The notes beneath the pieces were generated by a model. It ran no database searches and was not told the DNA's origin. It saw only the letters and a list, made by a program, of their open reading frames with translations. A DNA stretch of 64,000 nucleotides, taken from an uncultured Clostridia bacterium. Its GTDB lineage: Bacteria > Bacillota > Clostridia > Christensenellales > Aristaeellaceae. Positions within the stretch are counted from its first letter, which is position 1. Every line of letters starts with the position of its first letter. Both the position numbers and the translations under genes were made by a program. This document shows positions 39,013 to 47,881 of this stretch, one piece after another. The stretch is taken from positions 32,560 through 96,559 of the forward strand of contig CAMFCQ010000001.1 of NCBI GenBank assembly GCA_945948915.1. Reading direction: 5' to 3'.

Positions 39013-41091
39013 TTAATCCTCGTCGTCCGCGAGATCGGCCTTGTGCGCCTCGATGATCTTGGCAGCGATCACCTGCGGCACCTCCTCGTAACGCTCGAAG
39101 GTCATCTTGAAGAAGCCCCTCGCCTGCGTCATGGAGCGCAGATCGGTCGCGTACTTGAACATCTCCGCCTGCGGCACCTCCGCCACGATGAGCTGCTTGC
39201 CGTCGGTCTGCTCCATGCCCAGGATGCGGCCGCGGCGCTTGTTCATATCGCCCATGACGTCGCCCATGTACTCGTCCGGCACGGTGACCTCCACGTGCAT
39301 GATCGGCTCAAGCAGCACAGGAGACGCATTGATGCACTGCTTGTAGGCGATGCGCGCGGCGGTCTTGAACGCCATTTCGGAGGAGTCAACCGGGTGATAG
39401 GAGCCGTCGTAGAGCTTGGCGCGCAGGCCCGTCATCGGGAAGCCCGCCAGCACGCCCTTGACCAGGTTGTCGCGCAGGCCCTTTTCAACCGACGGGATGA
39501 AGTTGCGCGGAACGGCGCCGCCGACGACGGCGTCCACAAACTCAAAGTCCACGCCCGGTTCTGCCGGAGAGAACTCGATCCACACGTCGCCGAACTGGCC
39601 ATGGCCGCCGGACTGCTTCTTGTGGCGGCCCTGCACCTTGATGGTCTTGCGGATGGACTCGCGGTAGGCGATCTTGGGATCCTTGAACACGGCGTCCGCG
39701 CCGAACTTGGTGAGCAGCTTCTGGCGGATGATCTCCAGCTCCAGCTCGCCCTGGCCGCTGATGAGCGTCTCGGTGGTCATCGGGTCCTTCGCCACGACGA
39801 CGTCCGGCATTTCCTCAATCAGGCGCGCCAGGCCGGAGAAGACCTTGTCCTCCTCGCCCGCCTTCTTGGCGTACACGGCCATGGACAGCTGCGGCGCCGG
39901 GAAGTCGATGCTGTCGTACTGGACGACTTTGCCGATCTCGCACAGGCTGTCGCCGGTGGAGGTGTACTGCAGCTTGGAGAGCGCGCCGATGTCGCCCGCG
40001 CACAGCATGCCGACCGGGATCTGCTTCTTGCCGCGGATCATGAACAGGCCGGCCGCCTTCTCAGGCTTGTCAGCGTTCGCGTTGTAGAGCGCGGTCGCCG
40101 GGGTCAGCACGCCGGAGATGACCTTGATGAAGGACAGCTTGCCGACAAACGGGTCGGCGATGGTCTTGAAGACCTGCGCGGTGAAGCTCTCGGACATGTC
40201 CGCGTGGCGGATGTGCATGGACTTGGTCTTCGGGTTGATGCCGTGATAGGTGTGCTCCATCGGGGAGGGCATGTACATCGCCAGCTCGTAGAGCAGCGGG
40301 CGCACGCCGATGCCGTTGAGGGAGGAAACCGGCACGACCGGCACGATGCTGCCGTCGTAGATGCCGGCGGACAGGCCGCGCAGCATGTCGACGTCGGACA
40401 GGGTGCCCTCGTCAAAGAACTTCTCCATCAGCTCCTCGCTGGTGGAAGCGGCGGCCTCGTGGCAGGCCTCAATGGCCTCGTCCACCAGCGCCTGCATCTC
40501 GGCCGGGATCGGAACCTCCTTGCGGTCCTTGCCCGCGCCCATGAAGGCCTTGCCGGTCAGAACGTCCACGACGCCCTTGAAGCTGGTGCCTTCGCCGATG
40601 GGCAGAACGGTCGGGATGATGCAGTGGCCGTAGGTGGCGCGCAGGTCGTCGAGCACCTTGCGGTAGCTGACGTGCTCACGGTCGATCTGCGTGAGGACGA
40701 TCATGCGGGCGACGCCGCGCTTGCCGGTCGCAGTCCATGCCTTTTCAAAGCCGGTGGACAGGCCGGTGGCCGCGCTCATCACCAGAACGGCGCCCTCCAC
40801 GGCGCACAGCGGGCCGGGGATTTCGCCGGCGAAATCGAAATAGCCGGGAACATCGATGATATTGAGCTTTTTGCCGTGGATTTCAATCGGCGCGACGGAC
40901 GCACTGATGGAAATATGGCGCTTGATCTCTTCGGGATCCCAGTCGCTGACAGTGTTGCCATCTTCGACACGGCCCTGGCGGTCAGTGACGCCGGCTGCGT
41001 AGAGCATCGACTCGACCAAAGTGGTCTTGCCCTCAGAGCCGTGTCCCAATACCGCGATGTTGCGGATATCCTTTACCATGTAGTCCTTCAT
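39013..41091 (-). CDS. Elongation factor G paralogue (EF-G2 type)
   Basis: 692 aa with five-domain EF-G architecture. G1 is GHGSEGKTT, G3 is DVPGYFDF (Tyr where canonical EF-G has the catalytic His), and G4 is TQID. It stands alone, outside a str operon. Confidence 0.8.
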   Translation of the reverse strand: MKDYMVKDIRNIAVLGHGSEGKTTLVESMLYAAGVTDRQGRVEDGNTVSDWDPEEIKRHISISASVAPIEIHGKKLNIIDVPGYFDFAGEIPGPLCAVEGAVLVMSAATGLSTGFEKAWTATGKRGVARMIVLTQIDREHVSYRKVLDDLRATYGHCIIPTVLPIGEGTSFKGVVDVLTGKAFMGAGKDRKEVPIPAEMQALVDEAIEACHEAAASTSEELMEKFFDEGTLSDVDMLRGLSAGIYDGSIVPVVPVSSLNGIGVRPLLYELAMYMPSPMEHTYHGINPKTKSMHIRHADMSESFTAQVFKTIADPFVGKLSFIKVISGVLTPATALYNANADKPEKAAGLFMIRGKKQIPVGMLCAGDIGALSKLQYTSTGDSLCEIGKVVQYDSIDFPAPQLSMAVYAKKAGEEDKVFSGLARLIEEMPDVVVAKDPMTTETLISGQGELELEIIRQKLLTKFGADAVFKDPKIAYRESIRKTIKVQGRHKKQSGGHGQFGDVWIEFSPAEPGVDFEFVDAVVGGAVPRNFIPSVEKGLRDNLVKGVLAGFPMTGLRAKLYDGSYHPVDSSEMAFKTAARIAYKQCINASPVLLEPIMHVEVTVPDEYMGDVMGDMNKRRGRILGMEQTDGKQLIVAEVPQAEMFKYATDLRSMTQARGFFKMTFERYEEVPQVIAAKIIEAHKADLADDED

Positions 41092-41386
41092 AAGTTGCGC
41101 CTCCTCGTATACCGCGCGTGCGCGGCGTTATTTGCTTGATCGGCAGCGGATTGTACGTCCTCCGCTCCCACTTGGCATTCATTATACCAGATTGCCTGAA
41201 AATTGAAAAGCCGTTTTGTCAATTTTTCTTCCCGGTCAGGCGTGAATTTGCACTGGATTCACGCCAGGCACGCAGCAAATTCACCTTTTTTTGAAATCCC
41301 AGCCAGTCTTCGGGCCGGCATCCTCATTTTTCTGCAAATGAGAAAGGCGCTCTTCCGGGCAGGAAGAGCGCCTGATGGTATGCTGT

Positions 41387-42355
41387 TTACGTTTCAAACG
41401 GGAACCTCAGGCCATTCTGCGCGCGCACCTGATCCATGATCTCCATCACGGCGACCGTCTGCTCGGGCGTGATGATGTCGCTGTGCATCCTGCCCGCCGC
41501 CGCGCAGGCCATCGCCTCGCGGATCTCGTATTCGAAGCCGTTGACCTCAAACGGGCGTTCAATCGCATACGGCGCTTCGCCGTCGATGCACACCGTCACG
41601 CGCTCCGGGTTCTTGAACTCCGGGATCTCGATGCGGCCCCTGGTGCCGTACACCGCGCCCGCCGTGGGCATCTGCGCGCCGATGGCGCAGGTAAGGCTGG
41701 CGACCGCGCCGCCCCTGCGCAGGATGATCGCGTCCACCGCGTCGGTGCCCGCGCCATTCATCACCAGGCTGCTCTGCACGCTGTCAAAATCATAGCCCAG
41801 CATCATGCAGGCAAAGCCGATCGCGTACACGCCGATGTCCAGCAGCGTGCCGCCTGCCATCTGCGGGTCAAACTTGCGCGCCTCGCGGCCGGTGGTGTAG
41901 CCATACTGCGCCGTCACCGCGCGGATCTCGCCGATCGCACCGGAGGCGAGCACGCGCTCCACCTCGCGGTACACCGGGCACAGCTTCGTCCAGAACGCCT
42001 CCATGACAAAGACGCCCTTCTCCCGGGCCAGCGCGAAGATTTCCCTTGCCTGCTGCGCGTCGGTGGTGAAGCTCTTTTCGCACAGCACATGCTTGCCGTG
42101 CTCGATCATTAGACGCATGCCCTCGGCATGCGCGCTGTGCGGCGTGCCGATGTACACGATGTCCACATTGGGATCTTCGGCCAGCTCCTGCGCGCTGGCA
42201 TAGCGCACGGGAATGCCATACCGATCCGCAAACGCGTCGGCGCTTTCCCGGCTGCGGGAGGCGACGGCATAGAGCGTCACCTCATCGCCCATCCTGCGCG
42301 CGGTTTCAGCAAAGTTTTTGGCAATCACGCCGGTGGAGAGAATCCCCCAGTTCAT
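41387..42355 (-). CDS. Gfo/Idh/MocA family oxidoreductase
   Basis: The N-terminal Rossmann region starts MNWGILSTGVIAKNF. Also present are EKSFT and the typical C-terminal alpha/beta domain. It overlaps the trkH stop by 4 nt. Confidence 0.8.
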   Translation of the reverse strand: MNWGILSTGVIAKNFAETARRMGDEVTLYAVASRSRESADAFADRYGIPVRYASAQELAEDPNVDIVYIGTPHSAHAEGMRLMIEHGKHVLCEKSFTTDAQQAREIFALAREKGVFVMEAFWTKLCPVYREVERVLASGAIGEIRAVTAQYGYTTGREARKFDPQMAGGTLLDIGVYAIGFACMMLGYDFDSVQSSLVMNGAGTDAVDAIILRRGGAVASLTCAIGAQMPTAGAVYGTRGRIEIPEFKNPERVTVCIDGEAPYAIERPFEVNGFEYEIREAMACAAAGRMHSDIITPEQTVAVMEIMDQVRAQNGLRFPFET

Positions 42356-43857
42356 CGCAGATCGCCTCCCACCTGCCGCATCATCTCTTCGCGTCGCTTC
42401 TTGCGCTTGTGCTCATGCCAGGTTTCCTTCCACAGCGGCGGATAGAGCAGCATCAGCATCGGGAAGACCTCCAGACGGCCTGCCAGCATGTCAAAGATGA
42501 GCACGATCTTGGACAGATTGCTCAGGAAACCGAAGTTGCAGGTCGGGCCCACCAGGTTAAGGCCCGGGCCAATGTTGTTGAACGTCGCCGCGACGGCAGT
42601 GAACGTGCTGACCAGATCCATGTTTTCCAGCGTCAGCACGAGCATGGACGCGACAAAGATGAAGAACACGCCCATGAAGTAGACGAAGATCGCATGCAGC
42701 GTGCCGTCATCCACATCCTTGTCCTCAAAGCGCACCTTGCGCACGCCGCGCGGATGCAGGAAGGAGCCGACGTAGCTGCCCATCGCCTTGGCGCTCATCA
42801 CCCAGCGGGAGACCTTCAGGCCGCCGCCGGTGCTGCCCGCGCAGGCGCCGATGAACATCAGCAGCACGATCAGCGCCCTGGAGAGCGTGGGCCAGAGGTC
42901 AAAATTGGCCGTGGCAAAGCCCGTCGTCGTGATGATCGTCGCCACCTGGAAGACGGAGATGCGCAGGTTGTGCTCTGCCGTCAGGCTCGTGTCATAGATG
43001 TTCATGAAGATGAGCAGCGTCGCGCAGGCGATGATGCCCAGATACCAGCGCATCTCCTCGCATGAAAGCGCCTGCCTGAATTTCTTCATGAAGATGAGGA
43101 AGTACACATTGAAGTTCACGCCGAAGATGATCATGAAGATCGCGACGACCCACTGAATGTACGGCGAGAAGCTGGCAAACGAATCGTTTCTGAAGCCGAA
43201 GCCGCCGGTGCCCGCCGTGCCGAACGCCGTGCACAGCGCCTCAAAGGGGATCATGCCGCCGAGCATGAGCAGTAGGAATTCAAGCACCGTGAGCACGATG
43301 TAGAGCATGTACAGGATGCGCGCGGTATAGCGCACCTTGGGCACCAGCTTGCCCACCACGGGGCCGGGGCTCTCCGCCTTCATCAGGTGCATGTTGCTGC
43401 CGCCGACCATCGGCAGCACCGCCAGCAGGAACACCAGCACGCCCATGCCGCCGATCCAGTGCGTAAAGCAGCGCCAGAGCATGCAGCAGTGGCTCATGTG
43501 CTCCACGTCGGAGAGGATGCTTGCGCCGGTGGTCGTAAAGCCCGACACCGTTTCAAACAGCGCGTCGATAAAGCGCGGGATCTCGCCGCCGAGGTAAAAC
43601 GGCAGGCAGCCGAATACGGACATGACAATCCAGCTCAGCGCCGTGGCGACAAAGCCCTCCCGGGCATGAAACTGCGGGCTGCCGCTGCGCCTGCGCGTCA
43701 GCAGCAGACCGATGAGCGCGCACAGCGCCATCGTGGCGGCAAAGGCAATGCCCTGCTTCTCCCCGTAGATGATCGCCGTGACGAGCGGCAGCGCCATCAG
43801 CGCCGCCTCCACGTTGAGGATCCAGCCGAGGATATAGCTGACTGATTTCATATTCAT
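42352..43857 (-). CDS. trkH: TrkH/KtrB family potassium uptake membrane protein
   Basis: 501 aa, polytopic, with repeated selectivity-filter-like motifs (TTTGAS, GTGGFG, TTTGFA, STGGGLK). Confidence 0.85.
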   Translation of the reverse strand: MNMKSVSYILGWILNVEAALMALPLVTAIIYGEKQGIAFAATMALCALIGLLLTRRRSGSPQFHAREGFVATALSWIVMSVFGCLPFYLGGEIPRFIDALFETVSGFTTTGASILSDVEHMSHCCMLWRCFTHWIGGMGVLVFLLAVLPMVGGSNMHLMKAESPGPVVGKLVPKVRYTARILYMLYIVLTVLEFLLLMLGGMIPFEALCTAFGTAGTGGFGFRNDSFASFSPYIQWVVAIFMIIFGVNFNVYFLIFMKKFRQALSCEEMRWYLGIIACATLLIFMNIYDTSLTAEHNLRISVFQVATIITTTGFATANFDLWPTLSRALIVLLMFIGACAGSTGGGLKVSRWVMSAKAMGSYVGSFLHPRGVRKVRFEDKDVDDGTLHAIFVYFMGVFFIFVASMLVLTLENMDLVSTFTAVAATFNNIGPGLNLVGPTCNFGFLSNLSKIVLIFDMLAGRLEVFPMLMLLYPPLWKETWHEHKRKKRREEMMRQVGGDLR

Positions 43858-43868
43858 CGCAATACCTC

Positions 43869-45263
43869 TCAGGCCAGAATATCGCTGATATCGCCGAAGC
43901 CGGAATGCGTGGTGACGACGATCACCGTGTCGCCCGCCTGGATCACGTCCTGGCCGCGCGGGAAGATGACCTTGCCGTTTCTGCCGATGCAGGCGATGAG
44001 CAGGTTGTCCTTCTTCTTGAGCTTCATCAGCGGCACGCCGACGACCGGCGCGTCCTTGTCCACATGGAACTCAAGCGCCTCCGCCTTGGAGTCAAAGAGA
44101 TGATACAGCGTCTCCACGTTGCTGCCGATGCTGTTCTGCTTGGCGCGGACATAGGCGGTGATCGTCTCGGAGGTGACGTACTTGGGATAGACGACGCTGC
44201 CCAGATCCAGGCCGTCGATGACATCCTTGAACGTGATGCGGTTGATCTTGGTGATGGTCTTGAGGCCCGGCATCCGCTTGGCGTAGAGCGTCAGCAGGAT
44301 GTTCTCCTCGTCAAGGCCCGTCAGCGGCACGAGCGCCTCCACCGAGTCGATGCCCTCCTCGCGCAGCAGCTCCTCGTCGCCGCCGTCGCCGCAGATCACC
44401 GTAGCCTCCGGCAGCAGCGCGGAAAGCTCCTCACAGCGCGCGCGGTTCTGCTCGATGATCTTGACATCCATGCGCTGCTCGAGCAGCAGCTGGGCCAGAT
44501 AATAGGAGGACTTGCCGCCGCCGATGATCAGGCAGCTGCCCACCGCATGGCTCTCCATGCCCAGCGCCTCAAACACGCGATGGCCGTCGCGGGCATTGGT
44601 CAGGATCGTGATGTCGTCGCCCTCGCGGAGCATGAAGCCGCCGCTGGGGATGGACACCCAGCCGTCGCGCTCCACCGCGCAGACCAGGTAGCCAAAGTTA
44701 AAAATGCTGTCCAGCTGCATGATGCTCCTGCCGGCCAGAATGCTGCCCGAGGGGATCTTGAAGCTCAGAAGCTCCGCATGTCCCTTGGCAAAGGCACTGA
44801 CCGTCAGCGCCTGCGGCCTGGAGAGGATGCGCGCGATCTGCCGCGCCGCCTCCAGCTCCGGATTGATGATCATCGACAGGCCGAGCTGCTGGCGCAGATA
44901 CACCAGCTCCTCCGCATAGTCGGGATTACGCACGCGTGCGATGGCGGAGATATCGCCGCCCGCCTTTTTGGCAATCGTGCAGCAGAGCAGATTCAGCTCG
45001 TCCGAGCCGGTGACGGCGATGACCATGTCCGCCTGCTCGATGCCGGCCTCACGCAGCACGCTGAGGCTGGCGCCGTTGCCGCGGATGCCCATCACGTCAT
45101 AGACCTCCGTGGTGTTGTGGATCACGCGTTCGCTCGTGTCCACAATGGTGATATCATGTCCCTCGCGCGCCAGCTGTTCCGTCAGCGTATGACCAACCTT
45201 GCCGCAGCCGACGATGATGATGCGCAGCGAGTCCTGTTTCTTCTTCGCAGCTTTCCCCTGCAT
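43869..45263 (-). CDS. trkA: Trk system NAD-binding regulatory protein TrkA (double RCK)
   Basis: Two Rossmann motifs (IVGCGKVG and IIGGGKSS), each followed by an RCK_C region. Confidence 0.85.
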   Translation of the reverse strand: MQGKAAKKKQDSLRIIIVGCGKVGHTLTEQLAREGHDITIVDTSERVIHNTTEVYDVMGIRGNGASLSVLREAGIEQADMVIAVTGSDELNLLCCTIAKKAGGDISAIARVRNPDYAEELVYLRQQLGLSMIINPELEAARQIARILSRPQALTVSAFAKGHAELLSFKIPSGSILAGRSIMQLDSIFNFGYLVCAVERDGWVSIPSGGFMLREGDDITILTNARDGHRVFEALGMESHAVGSCLIIGGGKSSYYLAQLLLEQRMDVKIIEQNRARCEELSALLPEATVICGDGGDEELLREEGIDSVEALVPLTGLDEENILLTLYAKRMPGLKTITKINRITFKDVIDGLDLGSVVYPKYVTSETITAYVRAKQNSIGSNVETLYHLFDSKAEALEFHVDKDAPVVGVPLMKLKKKDNLLIACIGRNGKVIFPRGQDVIQAGDTVIVVTTHSGFGDISDILA

Positions 45264-45515
45264 GATGCCTTCCTCCAGCTATCGTGCGCAATGATGCGCC
45301 GTATCCTCAAGCCGAGCCATGGAGCAGCGGCGGCGGCACAGCCGTCCGGCATTCCTCCATGAGCTCATTCTCCAATTTGATATCTTAACATTCTTTTCCC
45401 TGTTGGTCAATTATTTTGCTTGAACCTGCCGCTTTTCCCTGTTATGATATGCGTGAAAGACTGGGTATTCTATGGAATACCGCAGTCTTCTGATCGAAAG
45501 AAAGGAAGGATTCGT

Positions 45516-46091
45516 ATGAAACATACAAGGAAGTCCTCCGGCGGATTCCGCGTGAGCTTCTCCCTCGCGGCCGTCGTCTATCTCCTGCTGGGCCTGCTCA
45601 TGATCGTCGCGCCCAATACCAGCCGCAGGCTGCTGTGCACGCTGGTCGGCATGGGCATCATGGCGTACGGCCTGCTGAGCATCGTGCCCTTCGTGATGAG
45701 CCGGGGCGAAAAGCGCTTCTCCTTCGACCTGCTCATCGGCGTATGCGCGCTGGCCTTCGGCCTGTTCTCGCTGATCAACCGGACGTTCCTGATGGACTTT
45801 CTGTTCACCGCGCTGGGCGTGGTCGTCTGCGTCACCAGCGTGTGCTCAATCAGCCGCGTGCTGAACCTGCGCTACTTCGGCTTTGCGCGCTGGTGGGCGC
45901 CGCTGTGCGCGAACATCGCCACCCTCGTCATCGCGCTGTGCGTGATCTTCTTCCCCGGCTTTTTCGGCAACATGCTGATGATGGCCATGGGCATCATCCT
46001 CGTGGTGGAGGCTGTCAGCGACCTGATCTCCATCCACTACCTGGGCCGCTTCTCCGACCGCGTCACGGTCACCTACAACGTCGAAGACTGA
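45516..46091 (+). CDS. HdeD/DUF308-like small membrane protein
   Basis: ATG 45516 is preceded by GAAAGGAAGGA. Six regularly spaced TM segments with Gly-rich turns. The track start 45420 adds an unlikely 32 aa. Confidence 0.5.
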   Translation: MKHTRKSSGGFRVSFSLAAVVYLLLGLLMIVAPNTSRRLLCTLVGMGIMAYGLLSIVPFVMSRGEKRFSFDLLIGVCALAFGLFSLINRTFLMDFLFTALGVVVCVTSVCSISRVLNLRYFGFARWWAPLCANIATLVIALCVIFFPGFFGNMLMMAMGIILVVEAVSDLISIHYLGRFSDRVTVTYNVED

Positions 46092-46131
46092 ACGCAAACT
46101 GACAACTTTTTGAAAAAATGACAAAAAGGCA

Positions 46132-46160
46132 TTGACAATCCCGCCATCTGGGGTTATAAT
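46132..46160 (+). promoter_or_regulatory. Consensus promoter of the tRNA pair
   Basis: TTGACA (46132-46137), a 17-nt spacer, then TATAAT (46155-46160), 11 nt before tRNA-Ile. Confidence 0.8.
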
Positions 46161-46171
46161 CCTTTTTGTTC

Positions 46172-46248
46172 GGATTGATAGCTCAGTCGGTTAGAGCACC
46201 CGCCTGATAAGCGGGAGGTCGGTGGTTCGAGTCCACTTCAATCCACCA
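46172..46248 (+). tRNA. tRNA-Ile (anticodon GAT), CCA encoded
   Basis: Cloverleaf folded by hand. The acceptor stem is GGATTGA/TCAATCC, the anticodon arm is CCCGC-CTGATAA-GCGGG, and the T arm is GGTGG-TTCGAGT-CCACT. Confidence 0.9.
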
Positions 46249-46251
46249 TAT

Positions 46252-46326
<75 letters not shown>

Positions 46327-46329
46327 CAG

Positions 46330-46359
46330 CACCTCATGGATTTCCATGGGGTGTTTTTT
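46330..46359 (+). terminator. Terminator of the tRNA operon
   Basis: CACCTCATGG-ATTT-CCATGGGGTG followed by TTTTTT. Confidence 0.8.
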
Positions 46360-46458
46360 CGGTCATCATTTAGTCGCTTCACTTCCGGCCCCCTCTGCCA
46401 TCGGAATGCGCAAGGCGGCCGGAAGTGGGCGCGGGCGCAGCCCGCTTTTGTCCATTCA

Positions 46459-46516
46459 CGCTATTCTCAGATCAAAAAGGCGCAAGCAGATCGTTCATTT
46501 TCATTTGAGAATAGCG
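46459..46516. repeat. 58-nt hairpin whose arms match the terminal inverted repeats of the modular repeat family (mini-element)
   Basis: CGCTATTCTCA (46459-46469) pairs perfectly with TGAGAATAGCG (46506-46516). Compare the ends of the 50029-50227 element: ACTACTCTCAAATA and TATTTGAGAATAGT. Confidence 0.45.
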
Positions 46517-46544
46517 GATCAGCCTGTAACCCGGAGGAAATCCC

Positions 46545-47474
46545 ATGCAGCGCATTGTCACCGTTCTTGAAATCCTCGTCCCCATCTTTGCCGCCATCCT
46601 CCTGGGCATGCTTGCCCGCCGCAGGGGCGCGCTCACCCGCGAGGGCGTGATGGGTCTGCAGCAGTATGTGATGCAGTACGGCCTGCCCTGTGTACTCTTC
46701 AATTCATGTCTGAACGCCAGCATCGGCGCGGAATCCCTGACCTCCATGGCGCTGGTGCTGCCGATGATGCTGCTCAGCGTCACCTGGGCGTTTCGCGCGC
46801 GCAGGACGCTGTTCCCCTATCACAACCTGCCGCAGCTTTTTGCCGCGCAGGAGAGCGGCATGCTCGGCATTCCGCTGTTCATGACGCTCTTTGGCGCCGC
46901 GCAGGCCTATCGCATGGGCGTGCTGGACATGGCGCAGGCCCTGGTCTGCATCACCACCATCGCGCTGCTGACAGCCAAAACCGATGAAGGGACGCGCCCG
47001 GTCGATATTCTCAAGCAGGTCTTCTCCTCTCCGCTGCTGCTCATGAGCCTGCTGGGCCTTCTGCTGAATCTCTCCGGCGTGAAGACCTGGCTGGAAGCTG
47101 CCGGCATCGCATCCATTCTCACGGAAACGACCGGGTTCATCGCCCAGCCCGTCAGCGCCGCCATTCTCTTTGCCGTCGGCTATAATTTCTCCCTGAGCAG
47201 CGGCAACCGCACCCACATCTTCAAGATCTCCGCGATCCATTTCATCTATTTTGCAGTCTTCGGCCTGCTGATTCAGATGGTGCTGTTCCTGCTCCCCGGC
47301 GTGGAAGCGCAGACCCGCTGGGCCATCCTCATCTACACCACACTGCCCTCGAGCTTCCTGAGTCTGGGGCTGGGCAGAAATGAAGAGGAATACGAGATGG
47401 CTGCCGGCGTCTGTTCGCTGCTCACCCTCATCAGCCTCGCCATCTTCTGCGTCATCGCCGTCATCGTCAGCTGA
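46545..47474 (+). CDS. AEC (auxin efflux carrier) family transporter
   Basis: 309 aa, ~10 TM segments, N-terminus MQRIVTVLEILVPIFAAILLGMLARRRG typical of the family. RBS is GGAGGA. Confidence 0.75.
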   Translation: MQRIVTVLEILVPIFAAILLGMLARRRGALTREGVMGLQQYVMQYGLPCVLFNSCLNASIGAESLTSMALVLPMMLLSVTWAFRARRTLFPYHNLPQLFAAQESGMLGIPLFMTLFGAAQAYRMGVLDMAQALVCITTIALLTAKTDEGTRPVDILKQVFSSPLLLMSLLGLLLNLSGVKTWLEAAGIASILTETTGFIAQPVSAAILFAVGYNFSLSSGNRTHIFKISAIHFIYFAVFGLLIQMVLFLLPGVEAQTRWAILIYTTLPSSFLSLGLGRNEEEYEMAAGVCSLLTLISLAIFCVIAVIVS

Positions 47475-47494
47475 TCATCGCTCAGCGAATACGC

Positions 47495-47524
47495 ATCCCG
47501 CCGGACATGCCGGCGGGATTTTTC
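47495..47524 (+). terminator. Terminator of the AEC transporter gene
   Basis: ATCCCGCCGG-ACATG-CCGGCGGGAT followed by TTTTT. Confidence 0.85.
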
Positions 47525-47560
47525 ATAATCCGCGAAAACAATGCAACATATATTTCATTG

Positions 47561-47824
47561 GATGCGTTGGGCTGCCGCCCAAACCCCAGCTTCGCTTCGC
47601 GCATATGATACTGTTTTCAAATAGAAACAGCCAAGTGCTAAGCCCCGTCAGGTAACGCTTCGCTCCCTGACTGCTTTGACCGAATGGCTTCGCCACGTGG
47701 GGATACGTTGGGCTGCCGCCCAAACCTGCCTGAGGGATTTCATCCCTCAGACTCCCTTCTTCGCTTCGCGTTTATTGCTCGTTTCTATCAGAAAAGAGTA
47801 TGAAAGCAGTTGAGAATAATATAT
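47561..47824 (+). repeat. Modular hairpin repeat, copy A (a partial module followed by a full ~200-nt element)
   Basis: The full element runs ~47607-47802 and aligns module by module with 50029-50227. An identical 31-nt block GTCAGGTAACGCTTCGCTCCCTGACTGCTTT is shared. So are ACGTTGGG...CCCAAAC, CCCTTCTTCGCTTCGCG, GCTCGTTTCTAT, and terminal inverted repeats (GATACTGTTTTCAAATAGAAAC / GTTTCTATCAGAAAAGAGTATG). Positions 47561-47601 repeat the CGTTGGGCTGCCGCCCAAACC...CTTCGCTTCGCG part. Confidence 0.7.
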
Positions 47825-47828
47825 CCGT

Positions 47829-47860
47829 ATAAAAGAATCCCGCAGCATTGTGCGGGATTC
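47829..47860 (-). terminator. Terminator of alaS
   Basis: Reverse strand has GAATCCCGCA-CAATGC-TGCGGGATTC followed by TTTTATAC, 22 nt after the stop codon. Confidence 0.8.
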
Positions 47861-47881
47861 TGATATTCAGCTGGGATCCGC

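Noticed and set aside
47524-47881. alaS truncated by insertion of repeat copy A.
   Set aside because: The 350 nt downstream of the stop codon contain only the alaS terminator, the repeat and the AEC terminator. No frame there resembles AlaRS C-terminal sequence. The gene also has a proper stop followed 22 nt later by its own terminator.
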